Positions 47,874 through 57,724 of a stretch of DNA of 64,000 nt are shown piece by piece. This DNA comes from a virus, in the IMG/VR virus record IMGVR_UViG_3300020530_000006; one strand, 5' to 3'. The notes beneath the pieces are model-generated. The model was not told where the DNA came from. It worked only from the letters and a program-made list of their open reading frames with translations, and searched no databases. Positions within the stretch are counted from its first letter, which is position 1; each line of letters begins with the position of its first letter. The position numbers and the translations under genes are program-made.

Positions 47874-48555
47874 ATTAGAAAAAAAAATAGACGAAATCTT
47901 ATTCGAAGTTAAAAATACTGCCAAAAGAGTAGGTGTTATAGATTATCACAAAACATACCTCACACACTGTTGCAAAGAGATTAGTGTTGATGGATTATGG
48001 CTAGAATTTGGTGTTTATAGGGGTCGGAGTATAACTGCCATTTCTGAATTTACCAAAAATATTGTTTATGGATTTGATAGTTTTGAGGGATTACCAGAGT
48101 TTTGGGATCAACAAAATCCTAAAGGAGTTTTTAATCTTGGTGGTATTATTCCAGAAGGAGCTATTTGCGGAAATAATGATGACAATCCTGGAATGTATAA
48201 TTCTAGTCCTACAAAAACAACACAGCCTTGGAGACCAAATATAAAATTAATCAAGGGTTATTTCGAGAATACTCTTCCAGAATTTCTTAATGATCATACA
48301 GAAAAAGTCGCTTTTGTTCATATAGATAGCGATATATATAGTTCAGCTAGAACCGTACTAACTCTTCTTAAAGATAGATTTCAAAATAATACTATATTGG
48401 CTTTTGATGAACTAACAGATTATCCTGATTTTAGAAACCATGAAATAAAAGCTTTTGCAGAATTTTTGCTTGAGACCGGTTATAAATATGAGGCAATATT
48501 TCACCAGTGCCTAGGTCAATACACACAATCCTGCTTTAAGATATTGTTGTCATAA
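47863..48555 (+). CDS. TylF/MycF-like O-methyltransferase
   Basis: LEFGV, FDSFEGLP, HIDSDIYSS, FDE. Confidence 0.82.
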   Translation: MSIELEKKIDEILFEVKNTAKRVGVIDYHKTYLTHCCKEISVDGLWLEFGVYRGRSITAISEFTKNIVYGFDSFEGLPEFWDQQNPKGVFNLGGIIPEGAICGNNDDNPGMYNSSPTKTTQPWRPNIKLIKGYFENTLPEFLNDHTEKVAFVHIDSDIYSSARTVLTLLKDRFQNNTILAFDELTDYPDFRNHEIKAFAEFLLETGYKYEAIFHQCLGQYTQSCFKILLS

Positions 48556-48563
48556 AATTAATA

Positions 48564-49304
48564 ATGAAAAATTATAAATGTTCAATATTTTGTAGCTTCT
48601 ATAAAGGTGAAAAATTTATAGAAGGATATCTTGAGGATGTTCTGAAACAAACAGTCTTCAATGACGTAGAATTTGTCTTTTTGGATTGTGATTCGCCAGA
48701 AAACGAAAAAGAATACATACTTCCATTAATAAAAAAATATGATAATATCCTTTATCACAAACTAGAAAAAGACCCAGGGTTATATCAAGCTTGGAATATA
48801 GCAATAAAACTATGTTCATCTCCAATCATAGGAAACTGGAACATTGATGATAGAAAGTCAATTAATAGTATAGATATATTATTAAAAAGATTCGATAAAA
48901 AACCAAGTCTAGATGTCTGCTATGGAATTACTTACGTTTCACGAATAGCAAATGAAAAATATGAAGATAATGAATATAATCTTATTTACCCCTGTACTCA
49001 ACATTCTCTTATTAATCTATTAAATAATAATTCGCCACACTGTATGCCATTGTGGAAAAAAAGTCTTCATGATCGGTTTGGATATTTTGATGAATCATAT
49101 ATTTCTGCGGCAGATGGAGAATTTTGGTTAAGGTGTGCATTTGGTGGAGCAAAATTAGAAATGATTAATCACCCAATAGGTTTGTACTACGAAAACCCAA
49201 CGGGTAGATCTACGAATCCAGAACATTTAGCCAAATGTCTTGAAGAGGTTAGACGCAGTAGAGAACCATATATTAAATTATTATATAATAATAATGTTCA
49301 ATAG
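48564..49304 (+). CDS. Glycosyltransferase family 2
   Basis: GLYQAWN, NIDD, GYFDE..DGEFWLR. Confidence 0.85.
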   Translation: MKNYKCSIFCSFYKGEKFIEGYLEDVLKQTVFNDVEFVFLDCDSPENEKEYILPLIKKYDNILYHKLEKDPGLYQAWNIAIKLCSSPIIGNWNIDDRKSINSIDILLKRFDKKPSLDVCYGITYVSRIANEKYEDNEYNLIYPCTQHSLINLLNNNSPHCMPLWKKSLHDRFGYFDESYISAADGEFWLRCAFGGAKLEMINHPIGLYYENPTGRSTNPEHLAKCLEEVRRSREPYIKLLYNNNVQ

Positions 49305-49836
49305 ACTAAATAATCAAAGAGTGTATTTAGCCGGTGCTATGGATAGAGTTGTAGATAGAGGCAACGGTTGGAGAAATAATATAACTCCATTCCTAGAAGA
49401 TTTAGGAATAGTAGTTTTTAATCCAATAAAAAAACCGACAATAGTTGGCCAAGAGGATGAGCAAACTCATAAGTATAAGTTAAAACTTAAACAAGAAATG
49501 AATTACGATGAACTTTCTAGTGTTATGAAAGTAATTCGTTCTGTTGATCTTAGATTAGTAGATATCAGTGATTTTTTAATTGTTAATCTGGATTTGGATA
49601 TTCATCCTTGTGGTACATATGAAGAAATTTTTTGGGCAAACCGTCAGAAAAAACCTATTATAGTACATATGGTTCAAGGTAAACAAAAAGCTCCGGATTG
49701 GTTGTTCGGAACTATACCACATCAAATGATATTCTCATCATGGGATGATGTTAAAATTTATTTATTACAAATACATAACGACAAAGAAATTAAAACCTAC
49801 AACAGATGGTACTTTTTCAATGCAAAAAATAATTAA
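49294..49836 (+). CDS. Nucleoside 2-deoxyribosyltransferase-like
   Basis: VYLAG, FNP, DL..V..SD, GTYEE. Confidence 0.7.
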   Translation: MFNRLNNQRVYLAGAMDRVVDRGNGWRNNITPFLEDLGIVVFNPIKKPTIVGQEDEQTHKYKLKLKQEMNYDELSSVMKVIRSVDLRLVDISDFLIVNLDLDIHPCGTYEEIFWANRQKKPIIVHMVQGKQKAPDWLFGTIPHQMIFSSWDDVKIYLLQIHNDKEIKTYNRWYFFNAKNN

Positions 49837-50932
49837 CGAAACTAAATTAGATTTTGATGATGTTCTGATTCGTCCTAAACGATCAACATTAAATAGCAGA
49901 TCCGAAGTAAATTTGATTAGAACTTTTAAATTTGCTCACAGCCCTAGAGAACTAAATTGTGTACCACTAATGGTAGCAAATATGGACACTGTTGGAACGA
50001 TACCTATGGGTAGATCGTTATCTATACATCAGTCTATTACTTGTTTACATAAACACTATGACGAGGATGTACTAGTCAATCTGTTTGTTAAACCCACCGA
50101 CTATTTTTGGTATTCGACTGGCACATCTAAAAAAGATATCGAGAAACTAGAGCGTGTTTTTAATACTATAAAACATAGTCAAGGATATATTCCAAACGTT
50201 TGTCTAGATGTAGCCAACGGATACACTGAACAATTTGTAAAAACAGCATCTCATATTCGTAAACTATATCCAGAAATTATTCTAATGGCTGGAAATGTCG
50301 TAACTCCAGAAATGACAGAAGAATTAATTATTCATGGCAAAGTTGATATAGTCAAGGTTGGTGTAGGATCAGGCAGTGTTTGTACTACTCGTTTAAAAAC
50401 TGGCGTGGGATACCCTCAATTGAGTGCGGTAATGGAATGTGCGGACGCTGCTCATGGTCTTGGTGGACACATTTGTTCTGACGGAGGCTGTAAAGTAGTC
50501 GGAGACATTTGTAAGGCTTTTGGTGGTAATGCTGATTTTGTAATGTTGGGTAGTATGTTTGCTGGTGCTGATGAGTGCGAAGGAGAATGGAAATATGAAT
50601 GGAAAATGAGAAGTGGTGGATGGCAACCTTTCGATCCACAATCTCCTGATGTTGAAAAACGCAAAGTATCATTACAATACTATGGCATGAGTAGCAAAAA
50701 TGCTATGGATAAACACCATGATGGAGTGGCAAACTACAGAACAGCAGAAGGCAAATGTGTTACTGTTTCATATAAGGGTCATGCAATAGATATTTTGCAA
50801 GATGTCTATGGAGGTCTACGCAGTGCCTGCACATATGTTGGAGCAAATAAAATCAAAGACTTTGGTAAAAAAACAACATTCATACAAGTTAATAATACTC
50901 ACAATAAGGTATACGAAAATGCAAAAACTTAA
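49820..50932 (+). CDS. guaC: GMP reductase
   Basis: LDFDDVLIRPKRS, DVANGY, GSGSVCTTR, YRTAEG, GGLRSACTY. Confidence 0.95.
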   Translation: MQKIINETKLDFDDVLIRPKRSTLNSRSEVNLIRTFKFAHSPRELNCVPLMVANMDTVGTIPMGRSLSIHQSITCLHKHYDEDVLVNLFVKPTDYFWYSTGTSKKDIEKLERVFNTIKHSQGYIPNVCLDVANGYTEQFVKTASHIRKLYPEIILMAGNVVTPEMTEELIIHGKVDIVKVGVGSGSVCTTRLKTGVGYPQLSAVMECADAAHGLGGHICSDGGCKVVGDICKAFGGNADFVMLGSMFAGADECEGEWKYEWKMRSGGWQPFDPQSPDVEKRKVSLQYYGMSSKNAMDKHHDGVANYRTAEGKCVTVSYKGHAIDILQDVYGGLRSACTYVGANKIKDFGKKTTFIQVNNTHNKVYENAKT

Positions 50933-51989
50933 TTTAAATTGTCCAATAAATTTTACTGGCTATGGTATAACATCATTTAATATATACAAATGTTTAAGAG
51001 AAAAACTTGATATCTGTTTATTCCCAATAGGTGGCGCACAAGTAGATTCTCAAGAATATGCTGCTATGTTATCTCACGACATGGGGAAACAAGACACTTT
51101 TAATAATGAGGATACGTGTCTAAAGATATGGCATCAATTTGATTTGGCGAACAGAATAGGCAATAAAAAATATGGAGCCCTAACATTTTTTGAAACCGAC
51201 AAACTCAAACCAAAAGAAGTTAGGATGATAAACAACCTAGACACCATCTTTGTCGCGTCAAATTGGGCAAAAGATATTTTAATAAATAACGGCATCAATA
51301 TTCCTATTATTGTTAGCCCATTAGGAGTAGATCCCAATATTTTTAATGATTCAGTAAATAACTTAGTAAAGAAAGATACTGATAAATATATTTTTCTAAA
51401 TATAGGCAAGTGGGAGATTAGAAAAGGACACGATGTTTTACTCGATATTTTTAATGAAGCGTTTGATGAAAAAGATAACGTTGAACTATGGATGTTAAAT
51501 CACAATCCATTTTTATCTCAAGAAGATAATAACACATGGATAACTCTATATAAAAATAGCAAACTAGGATCCAAAATTAAAATTTTACCAAGAATTAATC
51601 TTCATTCAGATGTTGCTAAGTTAATAGCATTATCTGATTGTGGTATTTTTCCCGCAAGGGCAGAAGGATGGAACAATGAGATACCAGAGTTCTTTGCCTT
51701 AAATAAGCCAGTAATCTGCACAAATTATTCAGCACATACAGAATATTGCGATAAAAATAATTCTTTCCTCATTGATATAGACGGGCTTACTCCTGCTATA
51801 GACAATAAATTTTTCGACGGATTTGGTAATTGGGCTGATTTTGGCGATAATCAAATCGAACAAACCATAGAACACATGAGATATGTGTATAAAAATAATG
51901 TTAAAACTAATCAAGCTGGTTTGGAAAAATCCAAAACATTAGCTTGGTCTAATACAGCCAATATTATATACAATCATCTATTCGGATAA
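50919..51989 (+). CDS. Glycosyltransferase family 4
   Basis: TGYG, RKG.D, RAEGWN..E. Confidence 0.82.
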   Translation: MQKLNLNCPINFTGYGITSFNIYKCLREKLDICLFPIGGAQVDSQEYAAMLSHDMGKQDTFNNEDTCLKIWHQFDLANRIGNKKYGALTFFETDKLKPKEVRMINNLDTIFVASNWAKDILINNGINIPIIVSPLGVDPNIFNDSVNNLVKKDTDKYIFLNIGKWEIRKGHDVLLDIFNEAFDEKDNVELWMLNHNPFLSQEDNNTWITLYKNSKLGSKIKILPRINLHSDVAKLIALSDCGIFPARAEGWNNEIPEFFALNKPVICTNYSAHTEYCDKNNSFLIDIDGLTPAIDNKFFDGFGNWADFGDNQIEQTIEHMRYVYKNNVKTNQAGLEKSKTLAWSNTANIIYNHLFG

Positions 51990-51993
51990 TACT

Positions 51994-52653
51994 ATGCCAA
52001 TACCATCAAGAAAACAAAACGAAGATAGAAACGTATACATATCTCGCTGCATGGGTAACGAGACAATGAAAAAAGAATATCCAGATCAAAAACAAAGAGT
52101 CGCTATTTGTCTTGGTCAGACACGAACCAAAAAAAGCTCTGGAGGAATTTTTAGTCAAGCACTAGAAATTTTAGGCTTTACATTGGGTTGTGAAGAATGT
52201 GATGGTTATGAAGAAACTCTTGATCACTCAAATATTGTAATACCAGCAAAAGAAGACTATGTTGATTTTGGAGAAGCAACAGAAGAATACGATCTTTCAA
52301 CATTAGCCGCTTATATGTATAAAAACCCAAGAACCGGAGAGATGTATTACTATGATATGCGTGGTGCCTATACAAAAGACGGTAAATCTTTAGTCTATGT
52401 TGGTAAGGCTAGTGAATATCAAGGACGAAAAGTTACTTTAAATAAACCTTTCAGAACACCAAGCGGTCCAAAAAAAATGAGTGTTTATGTTAAAAATGAA
52501 AAAGGTAATGTAGTTAAAGTAAATTTTGGCGACCCAAATATGAAAATTAAGAAAAATATTCCCGAAAGAAGAAAAAGTTTTAGAGCAAGACATAACTGTG
52601 AGAATCCTGGACCAAAGTGGAAAGCAAGATATTGGTCTTGCAAAGCTTGGTAA
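51994..52653 (+). CDS. DUF6321-like phage protein
   Basis: VNFGDP..RKSFRARHNC..ARYWSC. Confidence 0.7.
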   Translation: MPIPSRKQNEDRNVYISRCMGNETMKKEYPDQKQRVAICLGQTRTKKSSGGIFSQALEILGFTLGCEECDGYEETLDHSNIVIPAKEDYVDFGEATEEYDLSTLAAYMYKNPRTGEMYYYDMRGAYTKDGKSLVYVGKASEYQGRKVTLNKPFRTPSGPKKMSVYVKNEKGNVVKVNFGDPNMKIKKNIPERRKSFRARHNCENPGPKWKARYWSCKAW

Positions 52654-52683
52654 TACCCCTATAATATACGGAGAATAATTATT

Positions 52684-53166
52684 ATGAATGATCGCATCAA
52701 AGATATACTTAGTTCTATTAACAAAACTCTTTCAGAAACAACCAAGGCAGAAGATATAGACTTTACAAAAGTTGAAGATATGGAAGTAGAAAGTCCAGAA
52801 ATGGAATTGATGGAATATAAGTATGATTTCTATCAAATGAGCCTAGGCTCGATAAAGTCTATTGCAAAACATGCTCAGGCAATAGTAGACGCTCTAGAAA
52901 ATCCTTCTGTAAAGGAAGGCTTGACAGAAAGTTGGTTACAAGGTAAAATCGCTGTGACAGAAGATTATATGATTACTATCCACAATTTCCTCATGTTCGG
53001 TGAAACAGAAACCGATACAGAAGGAGCGGAAGCAGCAAAGAATCTTCCTGGCCTGTGGGAAAACATTCGTAAGAAAAGAGAACGCATGGGTAAAAAATAT
53101 AAACCAGCAAAACCAGGAGACAAAGATAGACCAGATCCAGAGCAGTGGAAAAAATTAACTAAATAA
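52684..53166 (+). CDS. Conserved phage hypothetical protein
   Basis: SWLQGKI..DY; GLWENIRKKR. Confidence 0.7.
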   Translation: MNDRIKDILSSINKTLSETTKAEDIDFTKVEDMEVESPEMELMEYKYDFYQMSLGSIKSIAKHAQAIVDALENPSVKEGLTESWLQGKIAVTEDYMITIHNFLMFGETETDTEGAEAAKNLPGLWENIRKKRERMGKKYKPAKPGDKDRPDPEQWKKLTK

Positions 53167-53219
53167 GTAAAAAGTTAATTTAAAAAGAGTTTAGGACAAC
53201 TTCTTAATAAAGGAAATAT

Positions 53220-53876
53220 ATGATACCATCCGTTGGTAAACCGAAGATTTTATATCAAGACCATAAAAATATTAAATTCGAATCTCTAGATTTTTATATT
53301 AACTTAGCCAAAAAGATTATATCTAAAATGGCTCCAACATTTTTTTCTGGACTTTCCAAAGAAATGTTAAAAAATGAGGACGCAATATCGTTTGTTGCTA
53401 ATGCAATAATGATGGGTGATTGGAGATGGAAAAAAGATACAATTAAAGATAATTCCAATGAAGAGAAACAATATAAGACACTCTATTCATATAGGAATCA
53501 ATGCGGCATATGGGCTATACAAACATATGTAACCAAAAGATATAAACAAAATAATAGTTCTAAAAAAATAAAAGAGAAGTACTCAATTAATTATACAGAC
53601 GATAACGATGTTTCGCTAGAAAGCGTTATTGCTGATCATTCTCAAATTGAGCCAGTAGACAAAATTATTGAGGAAGAAAAAAATAATAATATCAAATCTT
53701 TGATAGAGCAACTGTTTAATACAGATATCCTATCTGATAAACAAAAAGACCAAGTTAAGATGTACTATTATGATAATATGACATTAGAACAAATTGGCAG
53801 AGTTCAAGGAGTAACTAGAGAGGCAGTTAGGCAAAGTATTAAAACAGCCATATCTAAAATTAGGACTCTTATATGA
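53220..53876 (+). CDS. Phage sigma70-family sigma factor (region 4)
   Basis: LSDKQK..YYYDNMTLEQIG..VTREAVRQ..AISKIR. Confidence 0.8.
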   Translation: MIPSVGKPKILYQDHKNIKFESLDFYINLAKKIISKMAPTFFSGLSKEMLKNEDAISFVANAIMMGDWRWKKDTIKDNSNEEKQYKTLYSYRNQCGIWAIQTYVTKRYKQNNSSKKIKEKYSINYTDDNDVSLESVIADHSQIEPVDKIIEEEKNNNIKSLIEQLFNTDILSDKQKDQVKMYYYDNMTLEQIGRVQGVTREAVRQSIKTAISKIRTLI

Positions 53877-54304
53877 AACAAATAAAAATTCTTCACCTGA
53901 TTTTTTCATATGATTTAAAAAATAAAAATACCTATATATTATCTACCAATAGTGATGATATTATTGTTCCATATTCAATTATAGATAAGCCTATTTTTAT
54001 TCAAGAGCAAATAAAAACAACAATATTAGGTTTTTTTCAAGATCCAACTATAAAAAATATAATTGATATAGATGTCTGTATGTTGGAAATTCAGAATGAT
54101 CTTTTAATGAGATACATTGAAGACAATAATGACAAATACTCATATGATCAAAATGAAGATTTATGTATGTTGTCCAGCACTATTATGTTAGATAAAAACT
54201 TCTCTATGTTAAATTGGCTACCAATAGAATTTGAAACAGATCTATCAAAAAAGAAATCGGTAGACTTTTTAATTGATGATACGCTAAAAAGAATTTCTTT
54301 ATAA
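53873..54304 (+). CDS. Hypothetical protein
   Basis: Tiled ORF. Confidence 0.6.
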   Translation: MKQIKILHLIFSYDLKNKNTYILSTNSDDIIVPYSIIDKPIFIQEQIKTTILGFFQDPTIKNIIDIDVCMLEIQNDLLMRYIEDNNDKYSYDQNEDLCMLSSTIMLDKNFSMLNWLPIEFETDLSKKKSVDFLIDDTLKRISL

Positions 54305-54305
54305 T

Positions 54306-54707
54306 ATGCTAAAAAATATCTTTAATCTTTTTTCAAAAACTAAAAAAGAAGACCATTCAAAAGATAATCAAGACCTATATAATAAAAACGATCTTTTTAA
54401 TATCTTAATTTCTTTGAATGAAAAATTTGAAATAGATCTTGTTGTTTATATAAAAGACACTCAACATAATTCTCTTACAGAGATAGAACACGCTGTGGTT
54501 TGTTCTGAATTTTTGAATAGTTCTTTTACTAATAAAATAAAAGACCAAATTCTTGAAATAATCAATAAGCAAATAAAAAACGAAGACAATTCATCTCTTA
54601 TAGAAAACATATGTTTGGTAGACCAAATTACTCACAACACCAAAGATAATAGTAATGATGACGTATTTATACAACCGTCCCAAGTTTTTAGTAAGTATTT
54701 AACATGA
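54306..54707 (+). CDS. Hypothetical protein
   Basis: Tiled ORF. Confidence 0.6.
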   Translation: MLKNIFNLFSKTKKEDHSKDNQDLYNKNDLFNILISLNEKFEIDLVVYIKDTQHNSLTEIEHAVVCSEFLNSSFTNKIKDQILEIINKQIKNEDNSSLIENICLVDQITHNTKDNSNDDVFIQPSQVFSKYLT

Positions 54708-55114
54708 AAGATATTCCAACTATAATGTGGGAAAAATGGAAAGATCCTTTCGGTATTGATGATCAATTAGATTCAGATACAGATGATGACTATATAGATA
54801 GTTTTGAGGAAGAAAATTACGAGACGCAAAATAAAAAAATTAAGTGTCAAATAATAGCGACACCATTTGGCATTATTCCTATTAACGAAAATACGGCTTC
54901 AGGATCTATATTTAATTTTTGGAATGGACATACAAATTTTGCTATAACAAAAGGTGTTGCCAAAATAATTGAAAATACAATTGGTGTAGAAACCATAAAT
55001 ATTTTTACAAAATATAGATTTAGAATAGCTATTGGTAAAGCATTTAGCGACTCTAAAGTAATGAGACAAATTAATAATAATGTTTATAATTACATAGAAA
55101 ATAGTCATGTCTAA
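54704..55114 (+). CDS. Conserved hypothetical protein
   Basis: WEKWKDP..FWNGHTNF..GVE..YRFRIAIG. Confidence 0.7.
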   Translation: MKDIPTIMWEKWKDPFGIDDQLDSDTDDDYIDSFEEENYETQNKKIKCQIIATPFGIIPINENTASGSIFNFWNGHTNFAITKGVAKIIENTIGVETINIFTKYRFRIAIGKAFSDSKVMRQINNNVYNYIENSHV

Positions 55115-55790
55115 CTCAACATCCAATAAAGAAAACGAATTCGAACTCAGCAATATTCATAATTATAATATTGATACAAAACATAGAGAACTGTATTTGC
55201 ATTCATATTTAGATGTAGAAGAAGAGGGTGGAGTAGACTTTAGATCGGCTATTCTTTTTGAAAAAAATATTAGATATTTAAATTCCTTATCTATAGAACC
55301 TATATTGGTTCATATGCACCTTCCTGGCGGTGTTTGGGGTGATTGCATGGGCATCTACGATTGCATAAAACTTTCTAAATCAAAGATTATTATATTAGCC
55401 TATGGTAGTGTGGAATCGGCCAGTAGTGTTATATTACAGTCGGCGGATTTGAGAATTTTAATGCCAAATACCAATGTATTAATTCACTACGGATCTATTA
55501 GTGTTGATAACGAACATAAGGCCGCTTTGAGTTGGGTTCAATGGAGTGAAAAAGAAAGCGAAAAAATGATAGATATTTTTACAGAAAAATATATTGATAG
55601 CGATTTAGCCAAAGCAAAAAACTTAAAAAAAATGATGGCAAAAAAACATATAATAGCCCAATTAGCTAATAAATGCGACTGGATACTCACAGCACAAGAA
55701 GCTGTCAACTATAATTTTGCCGACGGTGTACTTGGTAGTAAGAGATATACAAGTATAGAGTCGTTAAAAGATATAGTGAAGAAAAAATAA
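55107..55790 (+). CDS. clpP: ClpP-family protease
   Basis: PGG, ESAS (Ser), LIH (His), DWILTAQEAV (Asp). Confidence 0.8.
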   Translation: MSNSTSNKENEFELSNIHNYNIDTKHRELYLHSYLDVEEEGGVDFRSAILFEKNIRYLNSLSIEPILVHMHLPGGVWGDCMGIYDCIKLSKSKIIILAYGSVESASSVILQSADLRILMPNTNVLIHYGSISVDNEHKAALSWVQWSEKESEKMIDIFTEKYIDSDLAKAKNLKKMMAKKHIIAQLANKCDWILTAQEAVNYNFADGVLGSKRYTSIESLKDIVKKK

Positions 55791-56437
55791 TGAATATAGA
55801 ATACAATCTATATAATATAGACTATAATGAAATAGAGCTTAAGGCAAAAATAGAAGAAGCTATTAAATATAGCGTCTCCTCGATATCAGTACCATTTGCT
55901 TATACTAAACTATGCAAGTCTCTAGTCAAAGATACCGGAATTAAGATAGCGAACCCAATAGACTATCCATTAGGTATTATGGATACTAATTCGAGAGGAT
56001 TTGCTATAAAAAACGCTATAGATAACGGCGCACAAAAAATTAATATAGTTATTCAAAATAATCTATTATGTTCAAAAAAATATGATAAAATAAAACAAGA
56101 TATACAAAACAATAATAACATTTGCACAGAAAAAAATGTAGACCTGAACTATTATGTAGAGTATAGAACTTTTACCCACCAGTCTCTGATCAAAGCCTGT
56201 GCAATATTATTAGAAAACAATATACAAAAAGCATATGTTTCTACTGGTTTTATGCTAGATAATCCAGAAGATAATCTTATCGCGACAGTTTTATTGAAAG
56301 ATAAATCAAAAATACAAACAATTTTTACAGGAAACATCTGGACGGTTAAGCATGTGGAAAATTTAAGAAAAAATAATATTTCTTATGTATGCACCAATAG
56401 TATTGAAAGTATAAAACTAATTCATAAATATCTATAA
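55790..56437 (+). CDS. DeoC-like aldolase fold, catalytic lysines apparently absent
   Basis: IDYPLG, AIDNGA, STGF. Confidence 0.7.
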   Translation: MNIEYNLYNIDYNEIELKAKIEEAIKYSVSSISVPFAYTKLCKSLVKDTGIKIANPIDYPLGIMDTNSRGFAIKNAIDNGAQKINIVIQNNLLCSKKYDKIKQDIQNNNNICTEKNVDLNYYVEYRTFTHQSLIKACAILLENNIQKAYVSTGFMLDNPEDNLIATVLLKDKSKIQTIFTGNIWTVKHVENLRKNNISYVCTNSIESIKLIHKYL

Positions 56438-56443
56438 TTTATA

Positions 56444-57724
56444 ATGTCAATTTTCATCAGTATAGCGTCATATAGAGATCCTGAGACTATCCCAACTATT
56501 ATTGACGCATATAATAAATCTAAATATAAAGATCAACTAAAATTTGGGGTTCTTCTTCAAGAAGATCAAGGTTTTTCCAAAAAAGAACTACTGTCGTCTG
56601 GTATTAATATAGAATTTTTAGATTATGATTGGAGAGAAAGCCAAGGAACTTGTTGGGCAAGAAATACTATTCAAAAATTGTTGTTCAATAACGAAGAATA
56701 TTATTTACAACTTGATTCACATCATAGATTTTGTGAAAATTGGGACGAAAAATTAATTGAAATGTTTGAAGAAACACAAAAGACATACTCTAAGCCAATT
56801 ATTGGAGGATATTGTCCGGGCTATGTTCCAAAAAATGATAAAAATTTGGAACAAAAACCTATGAGAATTGCTTCTTTTGCAGACTTTACCGATCTTGGCG
56901 ACCTAATGTTTATTCCCAAAGTTATTAAAGATTATCAAAAACTACAAAATAAAAAGATAAAACTAATAAAAGCACGATTCTTATCCGGGCACTTTATATT
57001 TGCTGGACAAACTTTTGTTAAAGAATGTATATATGATCCAAATATGTATTTTAGAGGAGAAGAAATAAGTCTATCTGCTAGAGCATATACTAATGGTTAC
57101 GATTTTTTTCATCCAACAACACCAATAGTTTGGCATGAATATCTTAGAACGGAACAAATCAAGCATTGGGACGACCACACAAAAGAAAATGGTTTTATAG
57201 TAACGTCTGAAAATAGATCTAATATAGGTAAACAAAGAGCTAGACATTTATTAGGAATGGAAAAAAACTCTACCAAGTTTGGCAAATATGGTCTTGGAGA
57301 CAAAAGGACTTTGCATGAATATGAATTATATGCTGGATTAAATTTTGGACAAAGACTTATTCATAAGGATACCTACGATATTAATGACACATGTAAAGAG
57401 CCATATCCCATGACAGAAGAGGAGTGGTCATCTGGCATGCTCAGTAAATATTCTGTAGAATTTGATATGCCAAATAACTATATGTTAAATCTGATAGATA
57501 AAAATGTGAATTCACTAGCTATAATTTTACACGATAGCAAAGACAATATTTCTTATAGAAAAGATATTAGAAAAAATGATTTTAAAAATTTTAATACCAA
57601 TATTTTAAGATTGATAGGAAGTATGGAGTCGAAACCACATAGAGTAACACTGATACCATTTTTAGAAAACAAATCATCACTACAAACACAAGTAATAAGA
57701 TCAATAAGGATAGCAAATGAATAA
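56444..57724 (+). CDS. GT60-like GlcNAc transferase
   Basis: IASYRDPE, LQLDSHHRF, GEE..R..T.GYD, YGLG..RTL. Confidence 0.82.
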   Translation: MSIFISIASYRDPETIPTIIDAYNKSKYKDQLKFGVLLQEDQGFSKKELLSSGINIEFLDYDWRESQGTCWARNTIQKLLFNNEEYYLQLDSHHRFCENWDEKLIEMFEETQKTYSKPIIGGYCPGYVPKNDKNLEQKPMRIASFADFTDLGDLMFIPKVIKDYQKLQNKKIKLIKARFLSGHFIFAGQTFVKECIYDPNMYFRGEEISLSARAYTNGYDFFHPTTPIVWHEYLRTEQIKHWDDHTKENGFIVTSENRSNIGKQRARHLLGMEKNSTKFGKYGLGDKRTLHEYELYAGLNFGQRLIHKDTYDINDTCKEPYPMTEEEWSSGMLSKYSVEFDMPNNYMLNLIDKNVNSLAIILHDSKDNISYRKDIRKNDFKNFNTNILRLIGSMESKPHRVTLIPFLENKSSLQTQVIRSIRIANE

